Shown here piece by piece: positions 44,539 to 55,025 of a stretch of DNA of 64,000 nt (positions are counted from its first letter, which is position 1; each line of letters opens with the position of its first letter). The notes under the pieces are model-generated. The model was not told where the DNA came from and ran no database searches. It was given only the letters and a program-made list of their open reading frames with translations. The position numbers and the translations under genes are program-made. The DNA is from Escherichia phage HK6: the sequence record PP724615.1. One strand, written 5' to 3'.

Positions 44539-47388
44539 TTAAATAGTAGCCCAACTAACAGATTGCTCACCATTTTCCCCTTCTGCTCTAATCCTAAATC
44601 GTAGTTTACGATTAATTCCTAAAGCACCAGAGTTTAATAGTGCAAAATCCGCCTTATTATATGTTAATAGATAGTCATAAGTATAGGCATCCTCTATCCT
44701 AATACTACGAAGCATTCTATCCTGAGAATCATGTATTTCTAGAGTATAATAAATTTCTGGAATTATTTCTTCCTCAGGTATCTTATCCCAAGCAAGCTTC
44801 ACGTCTGGCCCAACAAATTCAGTTACATCTCCAGAAGCTGTATTAGTTACTCTGAAGTTACTAACTACACTCAAGTTTCTAGCAGAGTTAAGATCCACGG
44901 AAAGAGTAACAGGAGAACTACGTCTACCGTTAATATCAACAGCACGTAATTCAAAAATAGCTAAACCAGCAGGCTCACCTATAATCTCCTGAATCATCCT
45001 TTCATTAGGATTATTCTCTAATTGCTGAATTATGTAAGGATCTACATGACCTGAATGAGCTATAGAATAATATACTACGTTATTAGTAAGACTAGGTAGC
45101 CAAGATAGTTCCCCATTTTTACCTATAGCACCTATCATGCCACCAGGAGTTGGGGTATATTTAAAGTCTCTAGGAGGAAGAACATTATTACTAATATCTG
45201 GAATATCATTGCCGCTATTATCCACTTGATCAGAATTGATGAATACATCTTCACCATACTCTTGTAGTGTTAAATTAATCTTACCATCACGAGTATTTTC
45301 TACTTCATCTACTAAGAAGAACTTGTCTTTCCACCCATAACGCTCGTAAGTAAAAGCAATCGGGTCATTTGGCTCTATACCAATAAACTTATATGGTACT
45401 GAGAAGCTAAGTGTACGTGAGTACCTGGACTTTTTAAGCTCTCTATCAGCGTAACTACGAGCGGTGTAGTAGTTAGTAATATTTGCAAAAGATAGCTGAA
45501 GTTTTTTATCCAAACCCTTATCTTGTTCTTTAAACTTAGAGTTATAGAATGTAATAGAGTTTGTTTTCCAGCTTAGTGCAGGATCTACTAAAGATGCTTG
45601 TACTGAGTTAAACTTATTCCTACCAGTAGTATCAGATAAGTCTAAGTCCCCATAAGTATCTAGAAAACCTATTTTCAAAGGAGTTGTAGAGTGCTTCTCT
45701 ACAGTTATTCTATACTCACCAGATAAGTTATTTATAGCACCACCAAAAGAGTCTAGTACTCCCTGAACGTTTTTAAATACTGATTCGGAGGTGTCTAATA
45801 TAGTGTTTAACTGGACTACTTGGCGGTGTTCAGAAATAGAATCACTCCAACCAATATATCTCCAATAGGGTTGCCAACTAATCTGATAAGACTCATCGAT
45901 TATATCCAGAATTTTTGCTTCTGATATAATTTTTTGTAGTGGAAACTGATCTAGAGTTATATTAGCTCCATAACGTTCAGAGGTTAGATAGTCCATGAGC
46001 TGCCAGATACCGTTAAGGCTAGTTTTATCAGCTTTAACAGACCCATCAGAGCTATATACTTTAACTTTCTTACCTTGTACTTCGGCACTAATTTCTGGAA
46101 TTTCAGTTCTATTCTCGTTAATAGTAAATCTAACTACAGCATAGGCTGTATCTAAGAGCTTATAACGAGAATCCCAGTACTCTGGACCATTGCCATTTTG
46201 ATTCTGTAAATAGAAACCTCTTCTTTTAGCAATATCTACTAGTACTTGAGCTGCTGTCTGGTCGGGTTTGCCATGAAAAGTCCATATTCTTATATCGCCA
46301 TTACCATCATTATACTTGTACTCCTGGCCATGTACAGAGGGTTGAGAAGTACTTGTACCCGCAGCCAATCTATGCATTGTATCGCCCACTAGTTTCTTAC
46401 GACCAAAGCAGGTTCTAGCACTGGAATCCGTTTCATCAAAACAGATCATTGGGCTGTCACCAATATAGAAATCTAGAAATCCGTCAATTTCTCCTTCCGA
46501 AAACGCATAGACTACATACACTATATTAGGGTTATTTAGCTCAGTATCTGCAAAAATAGGGATACCAGGAATTTTCTGAACCCCATATACAACAGGTATG
46601 AATTTAGCAGCTAAGTTAAAGTCTAAATCAACTTCTTTAGTTACAGTCTCATAATACTTTTTAAGACTGTAACTTCTTGATAGCCCAAAAAGTTTCTTCT
46701 TGGACTGAAGTTTATAGCGTTCTTCTTTTACCTGATATTTAGCTAATATAGTGGTACTTTTATTAGAGTGGAAGAATCCATAGTCTTCTTGGTACTCAGG
46801 GCGTTTAGCACCATTTGATGGCTGAAGAGTCCCATTAACAACTTCAAGACCTCGGTGAGAAGCATCATCAGTATAACGACCATTCACTCTATCAAAGTCG
46901 TAGAACTGGTTGGAACAGTTCCACGTTATAACAGAAGTTCCTATACCAGAAGTGTTAACATTATCCTTTATTCCTCCGCCAGTAATTTTACCCCGAAAGA
47001 ATAGTAAAGGTCCATTAGTATCAGGATCCACAGGAAGAATATTACCTTCTTCATCAATTATAGCTTGATGTATAGTGATAGTTCTATCTAAGAAAGATAC
47101 TCCATTTTGAACTAGTTTTAATACTTCATCTTCTGCTGTACCAGTTATGGTAAAAGATAGGCTCCCAATAGATAGTTCACGGTTTTGTTTATGGGAGCCG
47201 ATACTTTTTACTTTACCAGATCTATATAAGATTCCGTTATAAGTAACATCTCTAAAGTAGTCAGTTAAATAAATATAAGTAGCAGCAGAGCCTGATGAAC
47301 TAGGAAGCTCTAAAGCTATAAGACAAGCTGTTTTTAGCTTGTCATGAGTATTAAGATATGTTTTAGCACTATCGAGTATCTGCTTCAT
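44539..47388 (-). CDS. baseplate hub protein (pb3-like)
   Basis: 949 aa, same length as T5 pb3 from memory; immediately after Dit-like gene. Confidence 0.55.
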   Translation of the reverse strand: MKQILDSAKTYLNTHDKLKTACLIALELPSSSGSAATYIYLTDYFRDVTYNGILYRSGKVKSIGSHKQNRELSIGSLSFTITGTAEDEVLKLVQNGVSFLDRTITIHQAIIDEEGNILPVDPDTNGPLLFFRGKITGGGIKDNVNTSGIGTSVITWNCSNQFYDFDRVNGRYTDDASHRGLEVVNGTLQPSNGAKRPEYQEDYGFFHSNKSTTILAKYQVKEERYKLQSKKKLFGLSRSYSLKKYYETVTKEVDLDFNLAAKFIPVVYGVQKIPGIPIFADTELNNPNIVYVVYAFSEGEIDGFLDFYIGDSPMICFDETDSSARTCFGRKKLVGDTMHRLAAGTSTSQPSVHGQEYKYNDGNGDIRIWTFHGKPDQTAAQVLVDIAKRRGFYLQNQNGNGPEYWDSRYKLLDTAYAVVRFTINENRTEIPEISAEVQGKKVKVYSSDGSVKADKTSLNGIWQLMDYLTSERYGANITLDQFPLQKIISEAKILDIIDESYQISWQPYWRYIGWSDSISEHRQVVQLNTILDTSESVFKNVQGVLDSFGGAINNLSGEYRITVEKHSTTPLKIGFLDTYGDLDLSDTTGRNKFNSVQASLVDPALSWKTNSITFYNSKFKEQDKGLDKKLQLSFANITNYYTARSYADRELKKSRYSRTLSFSVPYKFIGIEPNDPIAFTYERYGWKDKFFLVDEVENTRDGKINLTLQEYGEDVFINSDQVDNSGNDIPDISNNVLPPRDFKYTPTPGGMIGAIGKNGELSWLPSLTNNVVYYSIAHSGHVDPYIIQQLENNPNERMIQEIIGEPAGLAIFELRAVDINGRRSSPVTLSVDLNSARNLSVVSNFRVTNTASGDVTEFVGPDVKLAWDKIPEEEIIPEIYYTLEIHDSQDRMLRSIRIEDAYTYDYLLTYNKADFALLNSGALGINRKLRFRIRAEGENGEQSVSWATI

Positions 47389-47999
47389 AGACTTTCCCTC
47401 AAGGAAAGTGAAATACCAGAGTAAGTACCATTGTTATTTAATGTAGAACCAAAAGAATCAGCATTCATTAGCTTAGTTCTAAATAGGATACCATTAAAAA
47501 CTGGTTTTTCACTACCCGTAGTAGTAATAAATAGGTCAGGGTATAAGGATAAGTTCCATACATTTCCTGAGCTAGTAAAATTTGTTATTTTATAGACTTT
47601 TGGGTGGTTGGATAATTTAAATAGATCTCCAGCTTTTGGTAGTCCTGTCAAGGTTCCATTAGTATTTAGTATAATCTGAGAACCTTTCTGTCCTGCTGGT
47701 ATAGTAACACTTTTAGTATCACCACGTACTCTAAATGCTTCATACTGAGGTAGAAGTACTTCTAGGTAATCTCCAGTTCTTTTATATTCTAAAATTTTAG
47801 AATCTAGGAACGCATATTCATCTGGGAAAAGTTCCGGGTATGAGATATTAATTCCCCAGTATTGAGCAGATATTTTAACCTCTTTGACTTTACCATTAGG
47901 TAATTCATCACGAATCATAGGGTCATTATCTACTACGTTGACGCTTTCAAAACCTAACCCTGGGTACTCTGGGTTCGTGTATGGATCTGGTAGTCTCAT
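47385..47999 (-). CDS. distal tail protein (Dit, pb9-like)
   Basis: 204 aa directly downstream of tape-measure gene; own promoter 48027-48055 and strong RBS. Confidence 0.5.
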   Translation of the reverse strand: MRLPDPYTNPEYPGLGFESVNVVDNDPMIRDELPNGKVKEVKISAQYWGINISYPELFPDEYAFLDSKILEYKRTGDYLEVLLPQYEAFRVRGDTKSVTIPAGQKGSQIILNTNGTLTGLPKAGDLFKLSNHPKVYKITNFTSSGNVWNLSLYPDLFITTTGSEKPVFNGILFRTKLMNADSFGSTLNNNGTYSGISLSLRESL

Positions 48000-48026
48000 A
48001 GTTAATTTCTCCTCTTTAATAACAAT

Positions 48027-48055
48027 ATTATAATAGTATTGGAAAATTTTATCAA
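48027..48055 (-). promoter_or_regulatory. sigma70-type promoter for Dit-like gene
   Basis: Minus strand TTGATA, 17 bp, TATAAT, then AAAGAGGAG RBS. Confidence 0.5.
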
Positions 48056-48081
48056 GAAATTTTTATTTTTCCATAAAGAAA

Positions 48082-48102
48082 AGGAGGACATAAAGTCCTC
48101 CT
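48082..48102 (-). terminator. hairpin terminator after tape-measure gene
   Basis: AGGAGGAC-ATAAA-GTCCTCCT hairpin followed on minus strand by TTTTCTTTATGGAAAAATAAAAA. Confidence 0.55.
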
Positions 48103-48108
48103 CCAATA

Positions 48109-51100
48109 TTACATATTACCAAGAGATTTAAGGGTGGATCCATTCTCATTAAGAGCCAGTTCCACGGCATCTCTTAAAGCAGTGCTGTTATTCGATGCAA
48201 AATCTCTAAAGCTAGCAGCATCCATTGTGCTAATATTCAGAATGATTGGTCTTCCAGAGGTAGTCTTTGATCCATCGGAAAGCTGATCATTAGGTGTGGC
48301 TTTCATAGGAACCATAGGAGTTACTACTTCGGTACCATGCTCACCCATTTGATAGCTAACTCCAGGATACATCATACCACCTTCAGCACGCGGAACAAAT
48401 GAGTTAGCATTACCAACACCTTTATCACCACGTAAGTAGGATAATTCTCCTGAACTAGCCTGCATAGATACATCAACGTTCTTCTGTCGCTCACCTAAAG
48501 TTAGGTACTGAGTAGTATCTGCTCCAGAATCTGCAATAGAAGACATACCAGATGCAGAAGATGCTTGAGCAAGAGCTAAGGCACCTGCCAAACCTGCCGC
48601 CACCATCAAAGGAATAGAGAACGGGTATGGTACAGCTGTTGCCGCTTGCATTACTGCTACTGCAGTTTGGATGATAATCTGCTTCTTAGCTGCGTCTTGT
48701 TGAATCTTCAGCTTTTCAGCTTCCAACTTCTTCAACTTAGCTTTAGATGCTTCTGATTTACCATCACGTTTCTGCTCTGCTGCAATAGCTTGATCAATGG
48801 CACTAACCTGCTGGCTAGTACTATATTGAATCATAGAGGCTACAGTCTGCATACCGGAAGCAATCATAGACGTAGTATCTAGAGACCCCTGAGAGAACTG
48901 AATCATAGCATTAGTTAAATTACCCATGCTTTGAGCTACAGCAGTAGCTTCGGAATTTAACTCAGATAGTTTAGAAATTGCTTGGTCATAGGAAGACATC
49001 CTATTCTGCATATCAGCAAAATCTTTATCCTCTCCAGATAGCCCAGTTGTAGGAGTATACGTAGCTCCTACGGAAGAACCTACCTGTTGCTGCATCTGAC
49101 TTTCTCTCTGCTTCCTAAGTTGCTCTAAAGCAGCTGCAGTTTTATAAATCTCATTGCGATACTTAAGCTCTTCTTCAGTATTGCCCTTAGACAGCTCCAG
49201 CTGTTGCTGCAGAATGGATAACCTTTCAGTGAGAATCTGAGACTGGCCAGTAACATTTCTCTGCGTTTGGCTAACCTCTAAGGCATCCATGAGAGCTGAC
49301 ACATGAGTAGCGGTAGCCTGTTTCTCTGCTTCCCATAGTTCTCTACTTATTTGTGCTTGAGCACGTCTAGACTGTTCAGCCTCTTTCTGTTTGTCCGCTT
49401 GTTTTGTATACCATTCGTACTTCTCTCTCTCTATAGTTAGTTCTAGTTTTAGCTGAGCTAGTCTATATTGAGTAGTAGTCATAGTACGGTCATTCAGAAG
49501 AGCTATCTCACGATCTACACCAAGAATTTTATCTGTGTAATCCTTGACCTTCTTCTGGGCTTCCATACCCTGATTGGTAAGTTTAAGTTTCTCCAGCTGA
49601 ATTTTTTCAATTTCTTTTTCAACAGCTTTATTCCCCTGGTTTGTTTGAAGAACGCGGCGTAAAGCAGCTTCTTGCTCTTCTAACTGTTGTAATTCTAAAC
49701 GCCTACCGGCTTCCTGTGCCTTTTCTTTATCCTTAGTTTGATTGTATACATCAGCTATCTTCTGTTGAACTGCTAACTGATTTTTAGTTTCATTACCAGT
49801 TAGTTTAACATACTCAGATAGAGCCTGAGACGCAGTTTTCATTTCAGACAGAGTGTTATACCCCAGGTTAAGGTTTTTAACATACTCATCTGCACTTTTA
49901 CCAGTACCTAGAGATAGAGATTCTATGTTTTTTATAGCATCTGCTAAAGTAGCACTAGTCTTAGCAGCAGTATCTGTATTCTGAGCAACGTTCTGTATAT
50001 CATTAGCTAAGTCACTAGCAGTTTTCTTAGTCTGATTATATGCTTTTTGTTGTTCAGTTAGTCCTTTTAATACAGTAGAGTTAAAATCGTATACAGCATC
50101 AGGATCAGTAGTATCTCTCTGTAGATTAATCTGTTTCTGAAACTCTGGATTAGCCTTTGCAGCAGCAGCCCCAGCAGCTTGATACGCTGATTTCCAAGCA
50201 GTAAGATTCTCTGTAGAATCAGTAACTTCTTTATCCAAGCGTGCTACTTGTAGTCCCATAGCGGCGGTTTCTGCTACAAATTGTTTATTAGCTTCCGAAG
50301 CACCTGCTGCTGCAAGACCAACAGGAATACCTTCACCAACTTGACGTATAGCTAATTTTGTATAGAAATCTGCTTGTTCCATTCGTTTATCGAACTCAGA
50401 TTTTAGCTTATTACGCTTATCAAGAGATTCCTTATACATATCTAGAGCTTTATTATAGCCCTCTTCAGAAGCGGCCAAACTTAAAGCAACAGCACCAACG
50501 TTAGTAGGATCTATCTGTCTATTAGTTTTTTCTTGAGCTCTAGCTGCTTCAGCAGATACAGAAGCCTGAGAAGTATAAAATACTGTGTTGATAGCATCAA
50601 TTACTGGCCCTAGGTATTTAGCAGCAGCTTGTTGTATTGTTCTTAGTGCAGCATCTGCGTTAGCAGCAAATTGCTCCCACGGAGTAGCACGTAAAACTTC
50701 ATCTAAGTAACCAAAACGTTTAGTAGATTCTGCTATAACAGCATTGGCATACGCTTGCTGTTTCTGGAAGGTAGTAAGGCTATTAATATTATATGTTATA
50801 CCTGTGTTTGCAGCATTTAACTGTTTAACGTAATCAGCATAAGCATCGTTAAGACGAATAGTAACACCAAGTTCATCCAGAAGTTCGATTTCTTGTTTAG
50901 ATACACCCTTAATTACACGGTTAAGTGCATCAGTCATATCAACGCCAAGAACAGCAGCAGCACGACGAGCTACTAAACCAAATTTATTAAGTTGTTCGGC
51001 ATCAAATCCATAAGCAGATGCTGAAGATGCCTGTCTCATTGCTTCTTCAAAAGAGATTGCATAGCCAGCTGCCTCTTGTAGTGATCTAGCAAGGGACTGA

Positions 51101-51789
51101 ACAGGAGTACCTGTCTGAGTACCTACTATAACACCAAATTTTTCTAGACGATTTAACTGATCACCTAGTTTAAGTTGTTCGAATGCAGATTGCAAAACGA
51201 AGATGTTGGAAGCAATAGCAGCGTATAACAGTGGTAAACCACCACCTACCTTAGCCATTGCCGCAAAATCACGAGTTGCACCACGTGCTGAACCAGAAGT
51301 ATTACCAATGGCTCTAGAAGCTCTACCAGCGGCACCAGCAGTATCATTAAAACCTCTAGCTGTACCGCCTAAAACTCTATTGGTATCATACAATCTATCT
51401 TGAACTTTTTCTGTTGCAGCTGCAACATCATTACCCATTGCTTTAACAGATCTAGAAACTCCATCGAATCCAATCTCTAGTTTATCTGTTACTTCAATAA
51501 GTTGGATAGCCAGGTAATCTAGCTTATCACCAATACCATCAATGGATTTAGTGATACCAGCCATACCCCTACTAGCTTGCATTTTAGTAAGACTTTTTGC
51601 TGCCCTATCCGCTGCCCTCTCAATGGAGTAAAGGGTTTTGGGCATTTTACCTAACTGCTCATTTGTCAGTTCGGAAGCAGCAGCAGCGTTTTCCAACGCA
51701 TCAGATACGTTTTCAATAGACTTTGCAGTACGAGTTGCCCCCTTCTGCTTAACGTCTATTAGTAATTCTCGTATTAGCTTATCAGTCAT
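48109..51789 (-). CDS. tail tape measure protein (pb2-like)
   Basis: 1226 aa, long Ala/Gln-rich coiled coils, predicted TM segment VAVMQAATAVPYPFSIPLMVAAGLAGALALA, C-terminal peptidase-like region. Confidence 0.85.
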   Translation of the reverse strand: MTDKLIRELLIDVKQKGATRTAKSIENVSDALENAAAASELTNEQLGKMPKTLYSIERAADRAAKSLTKMQASRGMAGITKSIDGIGDKLDYLAIQLIEVTDKLEIGFDGVSRSVKAMGNDVAAATEKVQDRLYDTNRVLGGTARGFNDTAGAAGRASRAIGNTSGSARGATRDFAAMAKVGGGLPLLYAAIASNIFVLQSAFEQLKLGDQLNRLEKFGVIVGTQTGTPVQSLARSLQEAAGYAISFEEAMRQASSASAYGFDAEQLNKFGLVARRAAAVLGVDMTDALNRVIKGVSKQEIELLDELGVTIRLNDAYADYVKQLNAANTGITYNINSLTTFQKQQAYANAVIAESTKRFGYLDEVLRATPWEQFAANADAALRTIQQAAAKYLGPVIDAINTVFYTSQASVSAEAARAQEKTNRQIDPTNVGAVALSLAASEEGYNKALDMYKESLDKRNKLKSEFDKRMEQADFYTKLAIRQVGEGIPVGLAAAGASEANKQFVAETAAMGLQVARLDKEVTDSTENLTAWKSAYQAAGAAAAKANPEFQKQINLQRDTTDPDAVYDFNSTVLKGLTEQQKAYNQTKKTASDLANDIQNVAQNTDTAAKTSATLADAIKNIESLSLGTGKSADEYVKNLNLGYNTLSEMKTASQALSEYVKLTGNETKNQLAVQQKIADVYNQTKDKEKAQEAGRRLELQQLEEQEAALRRVLQTNQGNKAVEKEIEKIQLEKLKLTNQGMEAQKKVKDYTDKILGVDREIALLNDRTMTTTQYRLAQLKLELTIEREKYEWYTKQADKQKEAEQSRRAQAQISRELWEAEKQATATHVSALMDALEVSQTQRNVTGQSQILTERLSILQQQLELSKGNTEEELKYRNEIYKTAAALEQLRKQRESQMQQQVGSSVGATYTPTTGLSGEDKDFADMQNRMSSYDQAISKLSELNSEATAVAQSMGNLTNAMIQFSQGSLDTTSMIASGMQTVASMIQYSTSQQVSAIDQAIAAEQKRDGKSEASKAKLKKLEAEKLKIQQDAAKKQIIIQTAVAVMQAATAVPYPFSIPLMVAAGLAGALALAQASSASGMSSIADSGADTTQYLTLGERQKNVDVSMQASSGELSYLRGDKGVGNANSFVPRAEGGMMYPGVSYQMGEHGTEVVTPMVPMKATPNDQLSDGSKTTSGRPIILNISTMDAASFRDFASNNSTALRDAVELALNENGSTLKSLGNM

Positions 51790-51812
51790 GTTTTATTTTT
51801 CCCAATAAAAAA

Positions 51813-51837
51813 GGCTCTGGGCAAATCACCCAGAGCC
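51813..51837 (-). terminator. hairpin terminator/attenuator upstream of tape-measure gene
   Basis: GGCTCTGGG-TGATTTG-CCCAGAGCC followed on minus strand by TTTTTTATTGGGAAAAATAAAAC then ATG. Confidence 0.55.
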
Positions 51838-51872
51838 AAGCCTCATCGTGGAACGCCCATTGGAGGAAACTT

Positions 51873-52241
51873 TTACCGTGCTCGAGATTTAGCATGTGGC
51901 TTAACGTTAGGAATCCTTCCGTTTTGCGGTTTATGCTTCTCAGCACGTTTACGTGCAGCATCTACAGCTTTAGCATCAAATATATTGATAATGTGTAGAA
52001 CAAATTCTTTTTCTATAGGATCAGTAATCCCATAAATATCAAATAAAACACCTAATGCAGCCTTATCCTTACCTATAAAAATAGGAAAGTCACCCGGTAT
52101 GAAACAGTCAATTAGACTGTTATAAATATTCATACTAATAGCTACAATAGGTGGAAAATCCTCAAGTTCAACGGGCATAGCCTTAGGATCAGGCTCTATA
52201 CCCATTGACTCACAAAGTATTAAATATTGTTGTTTGGTCAT
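51873..52241 (-). CDS. putative tail assembly chaperone
   Basis: 122-aa ORF between tail tube and tape-measure genes (usual chaperone position). Confidence 0.4.
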   Translation of the reverse strand: MTKQQYLILCESMGIEPDPKAMPVELEDFPPIVAISMNIYNSLIDCFIPGDFPIFIGKDKAALGVLFDIYGITDPIEKEFVLHIINIFDAKAVDAARKRAEKHKPQNGRIPNVKPHAKSRAR

Positions 52242-52302
52242 TTTAGATGCTGAGCTTTTAATACATTTATCTGCAAAATCAGCAACAGCATCTAGAAGTT
52301 CT

Positions 52303-52707
52303 TTACGCTTTTGCGCTACGAAAAGTGTCTAAGTGGAACACTGTCTGGTTGATCCAAGAATCAAACGCAGCAGAGTTCTGCATAAGCATTACAGCATTAT
52401 CGCGACTAAAAGGAACTTCAGTCTCAGGATCAGCATCTGTTTCAATCAGCATCAGTTTTTCAACGTCACCTACAGTCAAACCAGTCCAACCTTTAATAGC
52501 AGCATCAACGAAGGCTTCAATGAACTTATCATCATCCTGTACCTGAATCAAAGTACCATTAACCCACTCATCACGCTTAGCAGAAGTGATAACTCGTTTA
52601 GAAGTAGCACGAGACATATAATTAAGCTCTAGCTTAAAATTCGGCATACCTGGGTATGAGAGAGTGACAGTACGAGTTTCTAGAGTAATATCTTTTAAGT
52701 TAATCAT
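52303..52707 (-). CDS. putative tail assembly chaperone
   Basis: 134-aa acidic ORF in the usual chaperone position. Confidence 0.4.
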   Translation of the reverse strand: MINLKDITLETRTVTLSYPGMPNFKLELNYMSRATSKRVITSAKRDEWVNGTLIQVQDDDKFIEAFVDAAIKGWTGLTVGDVEKLMLIETDADPETEVPFSRDNAVMLMQNSAAFDSWINQTVFHLDTFRSAKA

Positions 52708-53603
52708 TATTTTCTTTCTCCAAAGAAGTTTATTTCTACAGGATCTGAATCAGCAGTAGGTATTACATCATACTCTACCTGATACAAATCTGAGAAGTTT
52801 AGGCGTTTTGAAATACGTGCTAAAGGGAATGTTATAGAAACATATTTATTCTTAATAATTAGTGGAGTTCTTGTTTCAGGGTCTAGATTCAAGAACTTAT
52901 CTCCTACCAATCTCTTAACGTAATAGAAAGCTAGCGTTGCGGAAGCATTCATTTCATTGACATAAGCTCGTTTATTAGTATAAACTTTATTTATATCAAA
53001 TATACTTCTATCTTCTCTCCAAGAACATTGTTGCTGGAAGGACATAGATGCTGAAACTAATGCAGGCAATGGTGCGCTATTAGTATACACAGCTGGAGGA
53101 CTATATGGAAGTACTTCACCTTGTGTAATTGTATATCCATCGCGGAAAGTAGATACTTCAGAGAATTTTCCAGACTCAATACCAACATTTAGGATCGGTA
53201 TACTCTTATCTAGAGAAAAATCAACTGTTGATACATAACAGTTTTCGAAATAAATACAGCTATTATTAGGATTAATAATATACATATTGAACATAATAGG
53301 TTCAATATTGGGAGTATTTCTTGGCAAAAATAAAGAATTTCCCTCACGCGTGAATCCCATCCAATCAAAGAAATTAGACTCAATAAGCGTAGTACTGAAA
53401 TTTATTGCCAATGAAATAGATGAAGGATCTTGAGCATTAATAATAGAGTCTGCATAGTTTGTACGATTATGGATAGTACGTCTAAGAGTTTTAAACTCTT
53501 GAAAAGACGTACTAGCATCATAGTTAGAGAGGGCATCGAAATGATACCCTCTACCATCGTACTCAATAACTATTTTAGACTCTCGCATGAGAGAATAAAA
53601 CAT
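52707..53603 (-). CDS. tail protein (unknown role)
   Basis: 298-aa ORF in tail module. Confidence 0.4.
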   Translation of the reverse strand: MFYSLMRESKIVIEYDGRGYHFDALSNYDASTSFQEFKTLRRTIHNRTNYADSIINAQDPSSISLAINFSTTLIESNFFDWMGFTREGNSLFLPRNTPNIEPIMFNMYIINPNNSCIYFENCYVSTVDFSLDKSIPILNVGIESGKFSEVSTFRDGYTITQGEVLPYSPPAVYTNSAPLPALVSASMSFQQQCSWREDRSIFDINKVYTNKRAYVNEMNASATLAFYYVKRLVGDKFLNLDPETRTPLIIKNKYVSITFPLARISKRLNFSDLYQVEYDVIPTADSDPVEINFFGERK

Positions 53604-53607
53604 TTAA

Positions 53608-54999
53608 TTAACCACCTGTTACAGTAATCTGTTTAGTGCCTTTAACTCCAGAACCATCTTTAGCAGTAGCTTCTACAGTTACTGCACCAGTTTTACTAGC
53701 ATGTGCTGTTAACAGTCCGGTTGCACTGATAGTAGCTGCATCACCGGCAGTGATAGCCCAAGTAACTTCCTTATTATTTGCGGAAGAAGGAGTAACTTCA
53801 ACACTCATCTGAAGAGTAGCCGAGTTGTTTACTGTAGTAGCATCACCGGCAGATTTAACAGTAATTGCGGTTACAGCATCAGTAGCACCATTACCATTAA
53901 CAATCAAGTTATTAATAGTTGTTTTGGTATATTTACTAGAGAAGCCTAAGTAACCTTCATCACCAGCATCCAGATCAGATGGAATAGCCTTAAACTCTAC
54001 TGAAGTACCAAGTACATCATCAGTTTCAATAGTAGGAATATTAACGTGGGCTTGTTTAGCTACTAGAATAGCTGCAGGACGTTCATCATCATACTCACCA
54101 CCAAGTACTAGAGCGATTTCGAAGCGGTTAACTACCTTCAGAGTTTTGATAAGATCTTTATACAGTTCCATAGAACCAAGAGATTTATCATTCAGATAAG
54201 CAGTTAATGAACCAGTTAATTCAAAAGCACCAGTAAAGGAACCAATTGGAATAGTGACACGGGACATTACATTAGGTGTTAAATAAGTAATGTTGTTGTT
54301 AATAGTAAAAGTACCACCGGTAATAGGTATGTCATAAGACTTATTGGTATCCATGTCCTTGATCTTCAAGATCGTTAGTTTGTTCTTAATATAAGAACCC
54401 TGGATAGTCATATAAGTTTCATCATCAATACCTAGTTGATCTGGATCAAATGGGGCGGAATCCAGAGGAATAAGCTGATTACCATTACCAGACCAAGTTA
54501 CACGGCCAATATCTTCAATATCAACGTTAACTTCTGCCTGATTAATCTGACAGGAATCGATATAACTCCATGCTTTATCAGTCAGAATATAAATATGTAA
54601 CATTGCTAACTCGTGATAAGAGTTATCTTTGAAGTTAACCATGAAGTTAGCTTCGTTATTGTGTGCCCCTGTATTACCTTCTAGATTAATAGCTTTACCA
54701 CTAGAAAGTGCATGCCATAACATATAGTCAGGAACAATTTGTTTGTTGGTAGTTTTATCTTTATACGGTAGGATGTAAGTAGAAAAACTCCACTCAGCTG
54801 CGTTTAAAGAGTCGTTAAAACGTTTAGAACCACGAGTTGGACGCGGACCAGCTTCATTAACAGTAATATCTGTTGAGTTACTGTCCTGACCCCAAGAAAT
54901 ATCATCCTGAACTAGAATCTCTTGCGTGTTGGTCTTATTATGACCAGTCTTAACCGTAGACACGAAGATTCGAGTATTACGTAATAGTTGTAAAGACAT
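53608..54999 (-). CDS. major tail tube protein (pb6-like) with C-terminal Ig-like domain
   Basis: 463 aa; C-terminal ~80 aa Thr/Ala/Val-rich Big_2-like segment ending ITVTGG. Confidence 0.65.
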   Translation of the reverse strand: MSLQLLRNTRIFVSTVKTGHNKTNTQEILVQDDISWGQDSNSTDITVNEAGPRPTRGSKRFNDSLNAAEWSFSTYILPYKDKTTNKQIVPDYMLWHALSSGKAINLEGNTGAHNNEANFMVNFKDNSYHELAMLHIYILTDKAWSYIDSCQINQAEVNVDIEDIGRVTWSGNGNQLIPLDSAPFDPDQLGIDDETYMTIQGSYIKNKLTILKIKDMDTNKSYDIPITGGTFTINNNITYLTPNVMSRVTIPIGSFTGAFELTGSLTAYLNDKSLGSMELYKDLIKTLKVVNRFEIALVLGGEYDDERPAAILVAKQAHVNIPTIETDDVLGTSVEFKAIPSDLDAGDEGYLGFSSKYTKTTINNLIVNGNGATDAVTAITVKSAGDATTVNNSATLQMSVEVTPSSANNKEVTWAITAGDAATISATGLLTAHASKTGAVTVEATAKDGSGVKGTKQITVTGG

Positions 55000-55025
55000 T
55001 TAATTATTTTCTCCTAATCTGTAAC

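Noticed and set aside
51873-52707. Programmed -1 frameshift joining the two tail-chaperone ORFs
   Set aside because: The two ORFs are separated by ~60 nt with a stop in between and do not overlap in alternate frames; no slippery heptamer was found. Not supported by what I can see.
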